Positions 1 through 8,696 of a DNA stretch of 32,000 nucleotides are shown one piece after another (position 1 is the stretch's first letter; each line of letters opens with the position of its first letter). The translations under genes were made by a program, and so were the position numbers. The stretch lies in the NCBI RefSeq assembly GCF_000009705.1, contig NC_003272.1, forward strand, positions 210,001 through 242,000. Reading direction: 5' to 3'. The notes under the pieces were generated by a model, which saw only the letters and a program-made list of their open reading frames with translations, ran no database searches and was not told the DNA's origin. Origin of the DNA: Nostoc sp. PCC 7120 = FACHB-418 (lineage in GTDB: Bacteria > Cyanobacteriota > Cyanobacteriia > Cyanobacteriales > Nostocaceae).

Positions 1-168
1 ATCTGGCGCTACTATGTGATATCTTGCCGCTAAATCATCCCCTAAGCTAGACCAGACTAAAGCATGGTCGCCTAAACCATGTAACAGCAGCAAGGGTTCT
101 TTACCTTGATTCCACTCCAAGTAAGACAGTTGGATATCAGATTTTGATAAGGTTTGGCGTACAGGCAT
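1..168 (-). CDS. alpha/beta-fold hydrolase, N-terminal part (gene continues past the window start)
   Basis: Own reverse-strand translation from the ATG at 166-168 gives MPVRQTLSKSDIQLSYLEWNQGKEPLLLLHGLGDHALVWSSLGDDLAARYHIVAPD, open to the window edge. LLLLHG-x-G ... VAPD is the typical N-terminal strand and HG oxyanion segment of alpha/beta hydrolases. It is absent from the ORF track because it runs off the edge. Confidence 0.65.
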   Translation of the reverse strand, partial: MPVRQTLSKSDIQLSYLEWNQGKEPLLLLHGLGDHALVWSSLGDDLAARYHIVAPD

Positions 169-582
169 CGTCTTCAGTAATTCACAATTCACAATATTCA
201 GCAGTAAACAGTGCTTAATAACTGATAAACAAGCGCTGTTACGGGTACTTTACGAAAATCAATACCAGAAATGCAAGCAGTGGCGATGCTAGCTGAACAA
301 GGGCGTAGGGTTAGTGCGTAAGTCCTACCCTACACCCCTACACTGTGTCCTCATTTCTCAAAAGAAGTGTTATCTATGCCTGTCTATGGGGAATCATAAT
401 ACAAGAGCAACTTTCAGTATTACCTAATACCATTAGCAAATACTTATTCCAAAAGATTTTCTTAGTTATATCTTTTGATGGATTACCAATAAATCAAAAA
501 TAAATTAATTGTTTTTTAGCTATTCTATACTTCCCTCTCTAGGTACTTATATTGAAGCCCTAATATTTGGTATTCTACTGAT

Positions 583-1164
583 ATGGCAATAATTAAGCAA
601 AATTTTTCAGATAATCCATTAGATTCCTCCGAATTATTAGATCACAAAAATATTGAAGCGCAGAGAATGCAAGACGTTCAGCTTTTGCTGCAAAACTTAT
701 CTGAAAGTGAAGAAGCAACGATTAAGCTGATTTTAGATTGCCTCTATGATATCGGTTCAGTCAACTTGATTAATCAAAGGTTTCGCTATCGACCTTTTAA
801 CCGAGTAGTTAAATTAATTGCTCGGCTGTCTAAACCTATATTTAGAGTCTATGGTTGGCATTGGTTTAAGAAAAACTGCCCTCAATTAATTGCTAATTGG
901 TTGCACTCCCAAGTAGCCTTTGAGTATGTGGTAAATACACCTCAACAAATAGCGCTTGAAGTCTCGGCAATTCAACAGCATCAGGCATTGCCATTAGATA
1001 ATTACAGTCTTGAGGTGAAGGCTTTACGCAATCAAATAAGATGGCTAACGGGAATTACTATAGTCTCGTTGTCAACTTTGGGAATAGTATTCACTATATT
1101 TAACAGTAACCCACAGATACTATTACGAAATAGACCACAATTTCAACCAACAATCTGCCGATAG
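583..1164 (+). CDS. hypothetical protein with a C-terminal transmembrane helix
   Basis: 193-aa ORF in otherwise non-coding AT-rich DNA. It has a hydrophobic stretch, LTGITIVSLSTLGIVFTIF, near the C-terminus. I recognise no family motif and see no clear Shine-Dalgarno sequence. Confidence 0.5.
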   Translation: MAIIKQNFSDNPLDSSELLDHKNIEAQRMQDVQLLLQNLSESEEATIKLILDCLYDIGSVNLINQRFRYRPFNRVVKLIARLSKPIFRVYGWHWFKKNCPQLIANWLHSQVAFEYVVNTPQQIALEVSAIQQHQALPLDNYSLEVKALRNQIRWLTGITIVSLSTLGIVFTIFNSNPQILLRNRPQFQPTICR

Positions 1165-1251
1165 ATATTATATATAAAAACAGTTATTTAATTTGACATG
1201 ATATGAAGTGATGATATGAGAATAAAAATTAAAAATAAATGGCTTACTTTA

Positions 1252-1605
1252 TTAAAATCCTAATTTTTCCCGAATTATTTTCTCATCCCTAAAACCTACC
1301 GCTACGGCTATCCCATCCTTAACGAACAGAGGACGTTTAAGTAGCATGGCATCTTTAGCAAATTCTTCAATCCATTGTTCATCAGTCCAGTTCTTTTTTT
1401 CTTCACCCAAAGCGCGGTAGGATTGACCGGAAGTATTACGCATTGGTGTAGAACTTAAAGATTTTACCCAGTTTTGGATATGCTCACGCGTTGGTGGATT
1501 TTCTTTGGTATTAATAAATTCATAGTCAACCTTATGGGCTTGAAGCCAGTTAAAAGTTTTCTTACAAGTGCCACAATTTGGTATTCCGTAGACTTGAATA
1601 GACAT
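1252..1605 (-). CDS. ArsC/Spx/YffB-family (arsenate reductase-like, thioredoxin-fold) protein
   Basis: 117 aa. The N-terminal MSIQVYGIPNCGTCKK, then W...H.V.Y.F and a C-terminal LLKRPL motif, match the ArsC/Spx/YffB family layout and length. Confidence 0.85.
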   Translation of the reverse strand: MSIQVYGIPNCGTCKKTFNWLQAHKVDYEFINTKENPPTREHIQNWVKSLSSTPMRNTSGQSYRALGEEKKNWTDEQWIEEFAKDAMLLKRPLFVKDGIAVAVGFRDEKIIREKLGF

Positions 1606-1896
1606 AATACAAGTTTCTCGACAACTTCATGATATCTAAATATATACATAGATGGTGCAACTTCTAACAGCCTCTACTTTGAATGTGATAATTCATACAA
1701 CAGCAATTTTAAGTATTATTTATTAACAGTGATTACCACTAGGTATTGACCGAGGAAAATTGAACAGTTGATAAGCTACACCGTAAATTTACTAAAACTC
1801 TGTAAAAAAATTAAGATAGCTTGATTGATACTAGGGGGTATCAAGGGTAAGCTATTAATAATAAAGTTGAAAAAATATTTGGTCTTGATAAATTCC

Positions 1897-3228
1897 ATGA
1901 CCACCAATAGTTTGCCTAGTATTTTAGGAAATCAACATACTGTTAAGCCAAATTCTCTAGAGCCGAGTTTACAAGCTTTACAAGAAAGTCTTTATAACTT
2001 CTTAATACAACTTGTAAATATATATCCCCCAGAGGAGGCTTTAAAGGAATTTAAACAGTTATTCATTCATTGTTTGGAGTCTGGTAATTTTTCTGCTGTG
2101 CCAGTTATCCAGAAGATGATTATGTTTGATAATGAAGAAGAGTTTCGTTACACGCTCAAACGCTCTTGCTACATTTTAATTAATAATTGGGCGGCTAAAA
2201 GGAAACATAAGTATATTCATGAATTAATTAGTTTATTTACTGAATTACCAGTAAATAACTTACTAATATATAGTTGCCCAGAACTAATTACATATCAGCT
2301 ATGGCTGGAGAACTTTGCTCATAGTCAAGATTATCAAGAACTCAAAAAGTTTAATTATACAAATACTAGTAAAAGTCAAACGCACTGGAGCGATCGCTAT
2401 GCTAATTATCTCTTAGTTGCCCAATCAGTAGATCCTGATAAACCTCAGGAACAACAAGAGGCAGCAAGCAAACTCTCCAGGCAAATGAAGGACAAGTATA
2501 AGTTTGAGCTAGCAATGTATATTGCTCGTTCTCAGTCTACTGCTTCTAGTCCAACACGCTATCATAACCCTAGCATTTTTGGGGATGAGGTTTTGCGTCT
2601 CATCAAAATGATTGTAGTGAAAAAAGGAAAATTCAGCTATGAGAACATTGCCCATATATTCCTCAAGCAAACTGAAAATCAAACGCTGAAGCAGTTTAAA
2701 CAAAGTATCCATAAATATTTGTTTTTTTCTGTGGGCAATCAAGCGATCGCAGAAATTATCAGTCAAATTTTGACAGAAAAACTGTCCCTATGGAAGGTAG
2801 AGAAAGATGAGGTAACTTTAAGTAAAGATTTATTGTTAAGGGTTTGTAATCGATTAATTGATTTTCTGACTACAGAAAATCGCCAGGAGCCTTCGGAGTT
2901 ATTTACTTTATTACTTTCTCATGGACATCCTTTAACTTTAGTAGTTATTCTCCTGAAGATTATCTGTATTTGTAAAAGCACCCGTAGCCATTTAGAGAGC
3001 CGGATTGCAGATTTAATTAATTTTTATAAAGATAAATCAGAGGAGGAATGTAAATGGCTAATTCAGTTCATTGAGTTTTATAATATTACCTTCGCAATTT
3101 ATGCAGAAAACGTAGAGTATAACTTGCTGAAGATGGTAGAAGATGAAGCGTCTGGTAATTCGCACACAAATTTGGATACTTATCGTGTATTTTCCCAAGT
3201 GAAAGCAGACGCAAATATACCTGATTAA
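1897..3228 (+). CDS. hypothetical protein (about 444 aa), no recognisable domain
   Basis: Long uninterrupted ORF. The track begins at a TTG at 1825, but the first ATG at 1897 (MTTNSLPS...) is the more likely start. It contains two internal HIP1 sites, typical of native cyanobacterial coding DNA. I recognise no motif. Confidence 0.7.
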   Translation: MTTNSLPSILGNQHTVKPNSLEPSLQALQESLYNFLIQLVNIYPPEEALKEFKQLFIHCLESGNFSAVPVIQKMIMFDNEEEFRYTLKRSCYILINNWAAKRKHKYIHELISLFTELPVNNLLIYSCPELITYQLWLENFAHSQDYQELKKFNYTNTSKSQTHWSDRYANYLLVAQSVDPDKPQEQQEAASKLSRQMKDKYKFELAMYIARSQSTASSPTRYHNPSIFGDEVLRLIKMIVVKKGKFSYENIAHIFLKQTENQTLKQFKQSIHKYLFFSVGNQAIAEIISQILTEKLSLWKVEKDEVTLSKDLLLRVCNRLIDFLTTENRQEPSELFTLLLSHGHPLTLVVILLKIICICKSTRSHLESRIADLINFYKDKSEEECKWLIQFIEFYNITFAIYAENVEYNLLKMVEDEASGNSHTNLDTYRVFSQVKADANIPD

Positions 3229-3230
3229 AT

Positions 3231-3350
3231 TAGGACTTACCTACTCGGATTGTTTGTTGAGGCTGGATATAGGGGTGTAAGGGTTTTCAACATTTATACC
3301 CCGACACCTTCTCCAAACCCTTGATTTTTCGTTTTCATGGGTAAGTCCCA
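3231..3350. mobile_element. MITE-like small dispersed repeat with imperfect terminal inverted repeats (TAGGACTTACC ... GGTAAGTCCCA)
   Basis: The termini are reverse complements of each other. The internal segment CCAAACCCTTGATTTTTCGTTTTCATGGGTAAGTCC is the reverse complement of the start of the element at 27929-28074 (AGGACTGACGCATGAAAACGAAAAATCGAGGGTTTTGG). It has no coding capacity. Confidence 0.7.
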
Positions 3351-3383
3351 TAAATTATATTTGCTAATTTCTATTGGTAAAAT

Positions 3384-4310
3384 TTAGGACTTAGCAAGAT
3401 TTTCATCCAGGGAAGCCAAAACAGCACCAGCAGTTTCCGCAATAATACTAATCAGACGATATAAAGCGATCGCACTAATCACCGCCGCCGAGGGAAAGCG
3501 GTTTTGCAAAAGGGCGATCGCTGTTGCTTCAAATACACCCAAACCCCCAGGCGCACCCGGAACGACAAACCCTAACAACCAAGCAAAACTAAAAGCACCC
3601 AATAAAAGGGGAATTTGACTCATATTCAAGGGCATCAAAGCAAACAGGGTCAGGATAAATCCTATCCCGCGTATCACCAAAAATCCCAACTCACCTAATA
3701 ATGGTCGTAAGGGATAGCGTTCAATACTAAAAGCCGCAGTTGGTTGGGTATCTGATTTTTTGGCTTTCAATTTGTACAACAAGCTGATAACTGGATTCAA
3801 AAATCGGGGATGTACCCCAGCTAGTATTATTATTAAACTCAATAACTGTAAAATCCGTAGTATTAAGCTATTACTACTAACTGCGAATCGGCTGCCAAAC
3901 ATGACTACAATTATTAAAGCCGCAGCAGCCATGAGTAAAGGTTCCAACAACACACTTAGAGTAGCTGCACCAGTGGTAACGTTGGCGTTTTTCAACGCCA
4001 TAATTCGCCGATAATGATGCCAAACATTACCTGGTAAATACTTGGCAATATTGGTTTTGAGATACACCTGTATCAACTCAGTAGTTGGTACTGATTGATT
4101 TAAGTCTTGCAAAATCCAAGTCCAGATCCAACCACCCCAAGTATGGGCTAGTAAAGTGATACCTGTGGCGATCGCTAAAATTGCCCAACCAACTTCATTA
4201 ATGCGGATAGCTGTCACTTCTAACCAGTTATCCTTGAGGGCTTTGGCTAAAAAAATCAGCGTTGCGCCTAAAATTACCCAACGTAAAATTTGCTTCAATT
4301 TTATCTTCAT
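3384..4310 (-). CDS. polytopic membrane protein, UPF0104 / lysylphosphatidylglycerol-synthase TM-region (flippase-like) family
   Basis: 308 aa with about 8 hydrophobic segments. The KYLPGNVWHH motif and C-terminal PGAPGGLGVFE motif are what I associate with the UPF0104/LPG_synthase_TM family. The assignment is from memory. Confidence 0.65.
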   Translation of the reverse strand: MKIKLKQILRWVILGATLIFLAKALKDNWLEVTAIRINEVGWAILAIATGITLLAHTWGGWIWTWILQDLNQSVPTTELIQVYLKTNIAKYLPGNVWHHYRRIMALKNANVTTGAATLSVLLEPLLMAAAALIIVVMFGSRFAVSSNSLILRILQLLSLIIILAGVHPRFLNPVISLLYKLKAKKSDTQPTAAFSIERYPLRPLLGELGFLVIRGIGFILTLFALMPLNMSQIPLLLGAFSFAWLLGFVVPGAPGGLGVFEATAIALLQNRFPSAAVISAIALYRLISIIAETAGAVLASLDENLAKS

Positions 4311-4328
4311 TGGACAGCGAAAACACCC

Positions 4329-4349
4329 AAATCTGAATATTTCAGATTT
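4329..4349. promoter_or_regulatory. perfect 9-bp inverted repeat AAATCTGAA-TAT-TTCAGATTT, 19 nt upstream of the minus-strand start at 4310
   Basis: Read directly from the sequence. It lies in the 5' leader or operator position of the 3384-4310 gene. Confidence 0.4.
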
Positions 4350-4816
4350 TATGCTAAATCAGCTACAAGCCATCATTATTATGGCAAATTTCCTCCCAAA
4401 GTAAAATATGGTTTTTTTATGAGTATTCATATCAGATATTTATTATTCTAGATTAGTTTAATTAAGTATATTTTTATGGATTAGCTAATGATTAAACATA
4501 ATAAAAACTAGAATTTAATATCTTACTTAAGATTGAAATAAATATCTAGAATATTTAATTGACTAATCAAGTTACAGAAATTTCAATAGGAGCAATAATA
4601 TTGCGATATGTTAAGCCCTATCTCTCTGTAGTTAGATAAATATGACACATTATCGCTCAAATTAATGTGACTTACGCTAGATGGAAATATGTTTTTAAAT
4701 CTCTAACATTGATAACTGTTGGTTAAATGATTAGTCAACTCGAAAAACAACAAAATTTTCGCTTGCTGCAAAAAATGTTAAGCGATAAATTTCGTGATTG
4801 ATCAAAGGAGGAACTA

Positions 4817-5383
4817 GTGAACAGTTTAATGAATGTATGGGAAAGGCTGCGACTACGCCAGATTTTAACTGTATTTTTGGCTGGTATATTGTTAATAATT
4901 AGTACTGCTTGTAGCCAAGGTAATCCTCAAGGGGCAAATCCTCAGAACCCTGCTGTACAAGCTGGTGGTGCGAATAATCCTTATAAAAATGGTGGAGATA
5001 AATACGTCAATTCTAGATTCTCCACGGATCCTAATATCACTAACCCAGAAACTAAAAAAAGACGTGATCAAGCTAATTTACCAATTAGTTCACAACTACT
5101 GATTGCTGCTAATAGAGAATCAGAACTACTTTACCCTGGTGCTGAAACACCAGCAGGTAGAGTCAAAAAAGAGGCGGAACTGCCAATCATTCGAGAAGAA
5201 GACTTCCAGCACCCTGAACCAGGTGGCTTGATTCAGAATGAGCCAAATGTAGGAACTCGCATTCAAGAGCGACTGGAAACTGTTAAAGAATCAGTACAAG
5301 AGGCTTCTAAATTTATCCAAGATAAGGCAGATGAAGCCAGTTCTAGACCTGAATTACAAAAAAATCCTGCTGTTGGTAGATAG
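4817..5383 (+). CDS. secreted protein or lipoprotein, low-complexity and hydrophilic, unknown function
   Basis: GTG start preceded by a strong SD (AAAGGAGGAACTA-GTG). The N-terminal signal peptide ends in a Cys (LLIISTAC-SQG). The mature part is rich in N/P/G/E/K/Q. Confidence 0.7.
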   Translation: MNSLMNVWERLRLRQILTVFLAGILLIISTACSQGNPQGANPQNPAVQAGGANNPYKNGGDKYVNSRFSTDPNITNPETKKRRDQANLPISSQLLIAANRESELLYPGAETPAGRVKKEAELPIIREEDFQHPEPGGLIQNEPNVGTRIQERLETVKESVQEASKFIQDKADEASSRPELQKNPAVGR

Positions 5384-5439
5384 GAATTTTTTCCGCCATT
5401 CAAAGTTTAATTGAGTCACAAAAAACAAGGAGTCGCATT

Positions 5440-5973
5440 ATGAAAAAAGTCATTAATTGGCTGAAGAATATTCGTCCTCTGAAAATTGCCACAGTTTTTG
5501 TATTAGGATTTTTCCTATTGTTTACCCAATCTTGTTCCTCTAAAGGAATTGCCACACAGCCACCACAGCAAAAGGCTGAATCAGCTTATATCGAAAGATA
5601 CGACCCCACAAAAGAATATCCGCTCAACGCTCCCAAGGGCGGAATGAATAACTTTAGCGACGTAGATCCCAGAGGCGAATTTGGGGAAAAAACAGCCGAA
5701 ACTAAAGCTAAAGCTCTGCGAGACAATGCTAAGAGAAACGTTGATGAAAAAGGCATTGACAGCACAGAGCAATATGCTCGCAATTATCGCCAAGGCACAC
5801 CTTTTGGAGAAAGAGTGAAGAACTTGGGCGAGGACATCGGTAGTTCTGCTGAAGAAGTACGGGAAGGCGTTGTTAAAGGGACTCAGCGCGGTCTAGAAAA
5901 TATCAAAGATAATACCCAGAATGCTGGTGAGGATTTGGTCAAAAAAGGAAAGCAAACCACTGGAAACGATTAA
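5440..5973 (+). CDS. secreted protein or lipoprotein, hydrophilic K/E/G-rich (stress-protein-like), unknown function
   Basis: ATG preceded by AAGGAG 7 nt upstream. The signal peptide ends in a Cys (FLLFTQSC-SSKG). It lies 56 nt downstream of the previous gene on the same strand, so a two-gene operon is likely. Confidence 0.75.
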   Translation: MKKVINWLKNIRPLKIATVFVLGFFLLFTQSCSSKGIATQPPQQKAESAYIERYDPTKEYPLNAPKGGMNNFSDVDPRGEFGEKTAETKAKALRDNAKRNVDEKGIDSTEQYARNYRQGTPFGERVKNLGEDIGSSAEEVREGVVKGTQRGLENIKDNTQNAGEDLVKKGKQTTGND

Positions 5974-5990
5974 TTCATTTTGCTTTGCGT

Positions 5991-6094
5991 GTCAGTTGTC
6001 AGTTGTTGAGAGAATCTGGTCTAATACCTCAACCAGCAAGTGGAGTGGTTTTTACATATCTTTGCCACTAACTACTGACCACTGACTACTGACA
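5991..6094. repeat. STRR-type heptamer repeats forming a long inverted repeat (GTCAGTT GTCAGTT ... ACTGACC ACTGACT ACTGACA)
   Basis: The left arm at 5991-6008 and the right arm at 6065-6094 are approximate reverse complements built from the ACTGACA/TGTCAGT heptamer. Confidence 0.8.
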
Positions 6095-6095
6095 A

Positions 6096-6129
6096 AACTC
6101 CACCCACAAAGGGATGGAGTTTTTATTTT
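6096..6129 (+). terminator. intrinsic terminator downstream of the 5440-5973 gene
   Basis: AACTCCACCC-acaaa-GGGATGGAGTT forms a 10-bp stem with one bulge and is followed by TTTATTTT. It overlaps the stop codon of convergent larC. Confidence 0.65.
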
Positions 6130-7403
6130 GAATTTTGAATTGATTCATACCAACCCTGTAACGCCAGTTGCTGAATTTCCCGCCAGGGAATTTTGTGTTT
6201 GCGGGCTAATTCTGCACAGTCTTCATATTCTGGCTGGACGTTGGTGATCACTTTTTCCGGTGATTGTCCGTGCCATGCTATTTTAATTCGCACTGTGCCA
6301 TATTTCGTTTGTATTGGTTTAAATTCCCGTTGTAAGACGGCGCGTTGCTGGGTAGTCCGGCGGATTCCCAAAGTGGTAGTTTCGCAAAATAGCACTGCTT
6401 CACAATCATTTAGAGTTTCTGGATGACAAATCACAGTTAGTAGAATCCCTGGACGGGATTTTTTCATGCCTATCGGTTGAGTGAAGACATCAAGCGCACC
6501 AACGGCGAACAATTGTTCAAAGACATAACCGATCGCTTGTGGATTTAAATCATCAATTTGAGTTTCCAGTACAGAGATTGTCTCTAGGGTTGGGCTATTA
6601 GCAGCAGAATCCGTGATATTTGCCTGTAAATTAGCACTTTCGCCCAGCCAGAGCCGTAGTATATTAGGTATAGGTAGATTAATCGTGCCTGCTCCCAATC
6701 CTACCTGTTTGATGGTCATGGGTGGCGGCGCTCCAAATTCTTTGACTAGGGTCGTGGCGATCGCTGCTCCTGTTGGTGTCACCAATTCCCGGTCAATACC
6801 GTTGCTATAAACTGGACAACCCCGCATTTCCCATAACTTCAAAACTGCTGGTACTGGTACTGCCATTTGTCCGTGGGCCGCGCGTACAGTTCCCCCACCA
6901 GTGGGAAAGGCTGAACAATAAAGCAGTGGGAATCCTGCGTTATCACTAGCAATACCCAACCAATCTAAACCCAAGCAAGTACCAACGATGTCTACAATCG
7001 CATCCACCGCACCTACTTCATGAAAATGAACCTTTTCCGGAGCAATCCCATGCACAGACCCTTCAGCTACCGCTAATTGCCGAAATACAGCCAAACTCCA
7101 AGCCTCAGCCCTTGGTGGTAAACCTGCTTGCAAAATCATTTGCTCAATTTCTGGCAAGTGTCGTCCGTGGTGATGATGTTCGTGGTCATGGTGATGATGA
7201 TCAAGTAAATCTACATGAACCTTGGTTGCCTCCTGACCATTCCGTTGCACCTTTTCCGCCCTTAACTTATATTCCTCAGCAATACCCAAGTTATTGAGTT
7301 TTTCTGTTAGATATGCAACCGGAACACCCAGGCTAACTAAGGTTCCCAGGCACATATCACCAGAAATGCCTGTCGGACATTGAAGGTAAGCAATTTTGTT
7401 CAT
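6123..7403 (-). CDS. larC: nickel-pincer cofactor biosynthesis protein LarC (nickel insertion, DUF111/UPF0272 family)
   Basis: 426 aa. The N-terminal [18 protein letters not shown] and the His-rich tract [14 protein letters not shown] after about 65 residues are the hallmarks of LarC/DUF111. Confidence 0.85.
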   Translation of the reverse strand: MNKIAYLQCPTGISGDMCLGTLVSLGVPVAYLTEKLNNLGIAEEYKLRAEKVQRNGQEATKVHVDLLDHHHHDHEHHHHGRHLPEIEQMILQAGLPPRAEAWSLAVFRQLAVAEGSVHGIAPEKVHFHEVGAVDAIVDIVGTCLGLDWLGIASDNAGFPLLYCSAFPTGGGTVRAAHGQMAVPVPAVLKLWEMRGCPVYSNGIDRELVTPTGAAIATTLVKEFGAPPPMTIKQVGLGAGTINLPIPNILRLWLGESANLQANITDSAANSPTLETISVLETQIDDLNPQAIGYVFEQLFAVGALDVFTQPIGMKKSRPGILLTVICHPETLNDCEAVLFCETTTLGIRRTTQQRAVLQREFKPIQTKYGTVRIKIAWHGQSPEKVITNVQPEYEDCAELARKHKIPWREIQQLALQGWYESIQNSK

Positions 7404-7532
7404 AAAGATAATTCGTAATTTTTAATTTCTAATTCGTAATTAACACTGATAACTAAGTATTACGCATTGTTAAGTACGAACTCTCGTGATTTGCCCGTAA
7501 AAATATGTATCTACAGTTTAAGCAATTGCTTC

Positions 7533-7569
7533 TTTATGTAAATATGTGCAACGCTTAATTTTACATAAA
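7533..7569. promoter_or_regulatory. perfect 10-bp inverted repeat TTTATGTAAA-N17-TTTACATAAA in the larC/tsaC divergent intergenic region
   Basis: Read directly from the sequence. The right arm abuts and overlaps the upstream in-frame ATG at 7569. Confidence 0.35.
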
Positions 7570-7664
7570 TGTCGATAGATCAGAAACAGGCGGAAAACTT
7601 ACTGAAAGATTCCTCCCCTAAGTCCCTAGTCCCCAATCTTCAACATTCAGTAACCCAAACTTTT

Positions 7665-8324
7665 ATGGCAAAAATTATCGCTGTCCATCCTGATAATCCC
7701 CAGAGTCGCAGAATAGAGGAAATAAGGTCAGCGCTTTCCAGTGGCGCGGTGATGCTTTATCCAACTGATACGGTTTATGCGATCGGTTGTGATTTAAATG
7801 TCAAGTCTGCGGTGGAAAGAGTGCGGCAAATCAAGCAATTAGCAAACGATAAACCACTGACATTTCTATGTCCTTCACTGTCTAATGTAGCTACTTATGC
7901 CTTTGTCAGTGATACAGCTTATCGAATTATGAAGCGACTAATACCAGGAACTTACACATTTTTGTTACCTGCAACTAAGTTAGTACCAAGATTAGTCCAA
8001 AGTCCCAAGCGTAAAACTACTGGAATTCGCGTACCAAATCATACTGTATGTTTAGCCTTACTTGAAGCCTTGGGGAATCCGATTATTTCCACTTCAGCAC
8101 ACATCCCGCCAGATGAGGCAGGTAACGGGAAAGTCGGGATAATTTCAGAATCGATTACCTCAATGGTAGAGCTATTTGACCGCGTGGATAAATTAGTTGA
8201 TGTGATTGTAGACACTGGACAGGAACCAACTTACGATGTGTCTACAATTGTTGATTTGACGGGAGATGAGCCAATGATTACGAGACAAGGATTAGGCTGG
8301 GAAGCGGTAACAGCGTGGGTATAA
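7665..8324 (+). CDS. tsaC: L-threonylcarbamoyladenylate synthase (TsaC/YrdC/Sua5 domain)
   Basis: YPTDTVYAIGCD, then KQLANDKPLTFL and TTGIRVPNH, are YrdC-domain motifs. The ORF is open from 7569, but the ATG at 7665 (MAKIIAVHPD...) gives a typical domain-length protein. The start is uncertain. Confidence 0.8.
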   Translation: MAKIIAVHPDNPQSRRIEEIRSALSSGAVMLYPTDTVYAIGCDLNVKSAVERVRQIKQLANDKPLTFLCPSLSNVATYAFVSDTAYRIMKRLIPGTYTFLLPATKLVPRLVQSPKRKTTGIRVPNHTVCLALLEALGNPIISTSAHIPPDEAGNGKVGIISESITSMVELFDRVDKLVDVIVDTGQEPTYDVSTIVDLTGDEPMITRQGLGWEAVTAWV

Positions 8325-8696
8325 ACAAAGAACTTCACCGCCTTTCTTGTCAGTTGCGGAATAGCCCAGCAAAATGCCTCCAGTTTCGTGAGCGTCATAA
8401 CTTAGAGTTCTGCTAGTGGATCTGATGAAATAGAAGTATTTCTAGATACATTAAGGTTTTTAGCAATTTGGCAGGCAAAGCGAATATGGGTGTGTTAACC
8501 TCGATCTGGTTGCGAGTGAAAAAAGCGACACACGACCTTCTCTGTAACTTTTTTCAATTGCGTACAGTCTTAATATATGAGCGGTGCTTGTATTAGGTCT
8601 TGATGGATGAATGGTCAAAGATTCTCCAGTAAAGCCTGTTTTCAGGTACTGTTTGTGCATTCTACTTAAGGTGCAAGACCAAACCCAGGAAAATAC

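Noticed and set aside
1825-1896. N-terminal extensions proposed by the ORF track: TTG at 1825, the start at 18160 for the NUDIX gene and the start at 22066 for the secreted protein
   Set aside because: The extensions either use a rare start with an implausible Lys/Ile-rich peptide, overlap the upstream gene, or translate STRR repeats. Internal ATG or GTG starts give sensible N-termini.
5991-6094. Regularly spaced short repeats that might suggest a CRISPR array (also at 17604-17672, 20777-20813, 22017-22185, 30887-30956 and 31566-31652)
   Set aside because: The period is 7 bp with no unique spacers, and there are no cas genes. These are STRR heptamer tracts, not CRISPR.
8460-8660. 66-aa minus-strand ORF in the region upstream of the HetZ-like gene
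   Set aside because: It has no RBS or motif and an odd composition. It sits in what is more plausibly the long promoter or 5' leader of the 8697 gene.
8325-8696. HetR-binding palindrome (GTGAGGGG...CCCCTCAC type) upstream of the HetZ-like gene
   Set aside because: No such inverted repeat is present in the 372-bp upstream region.
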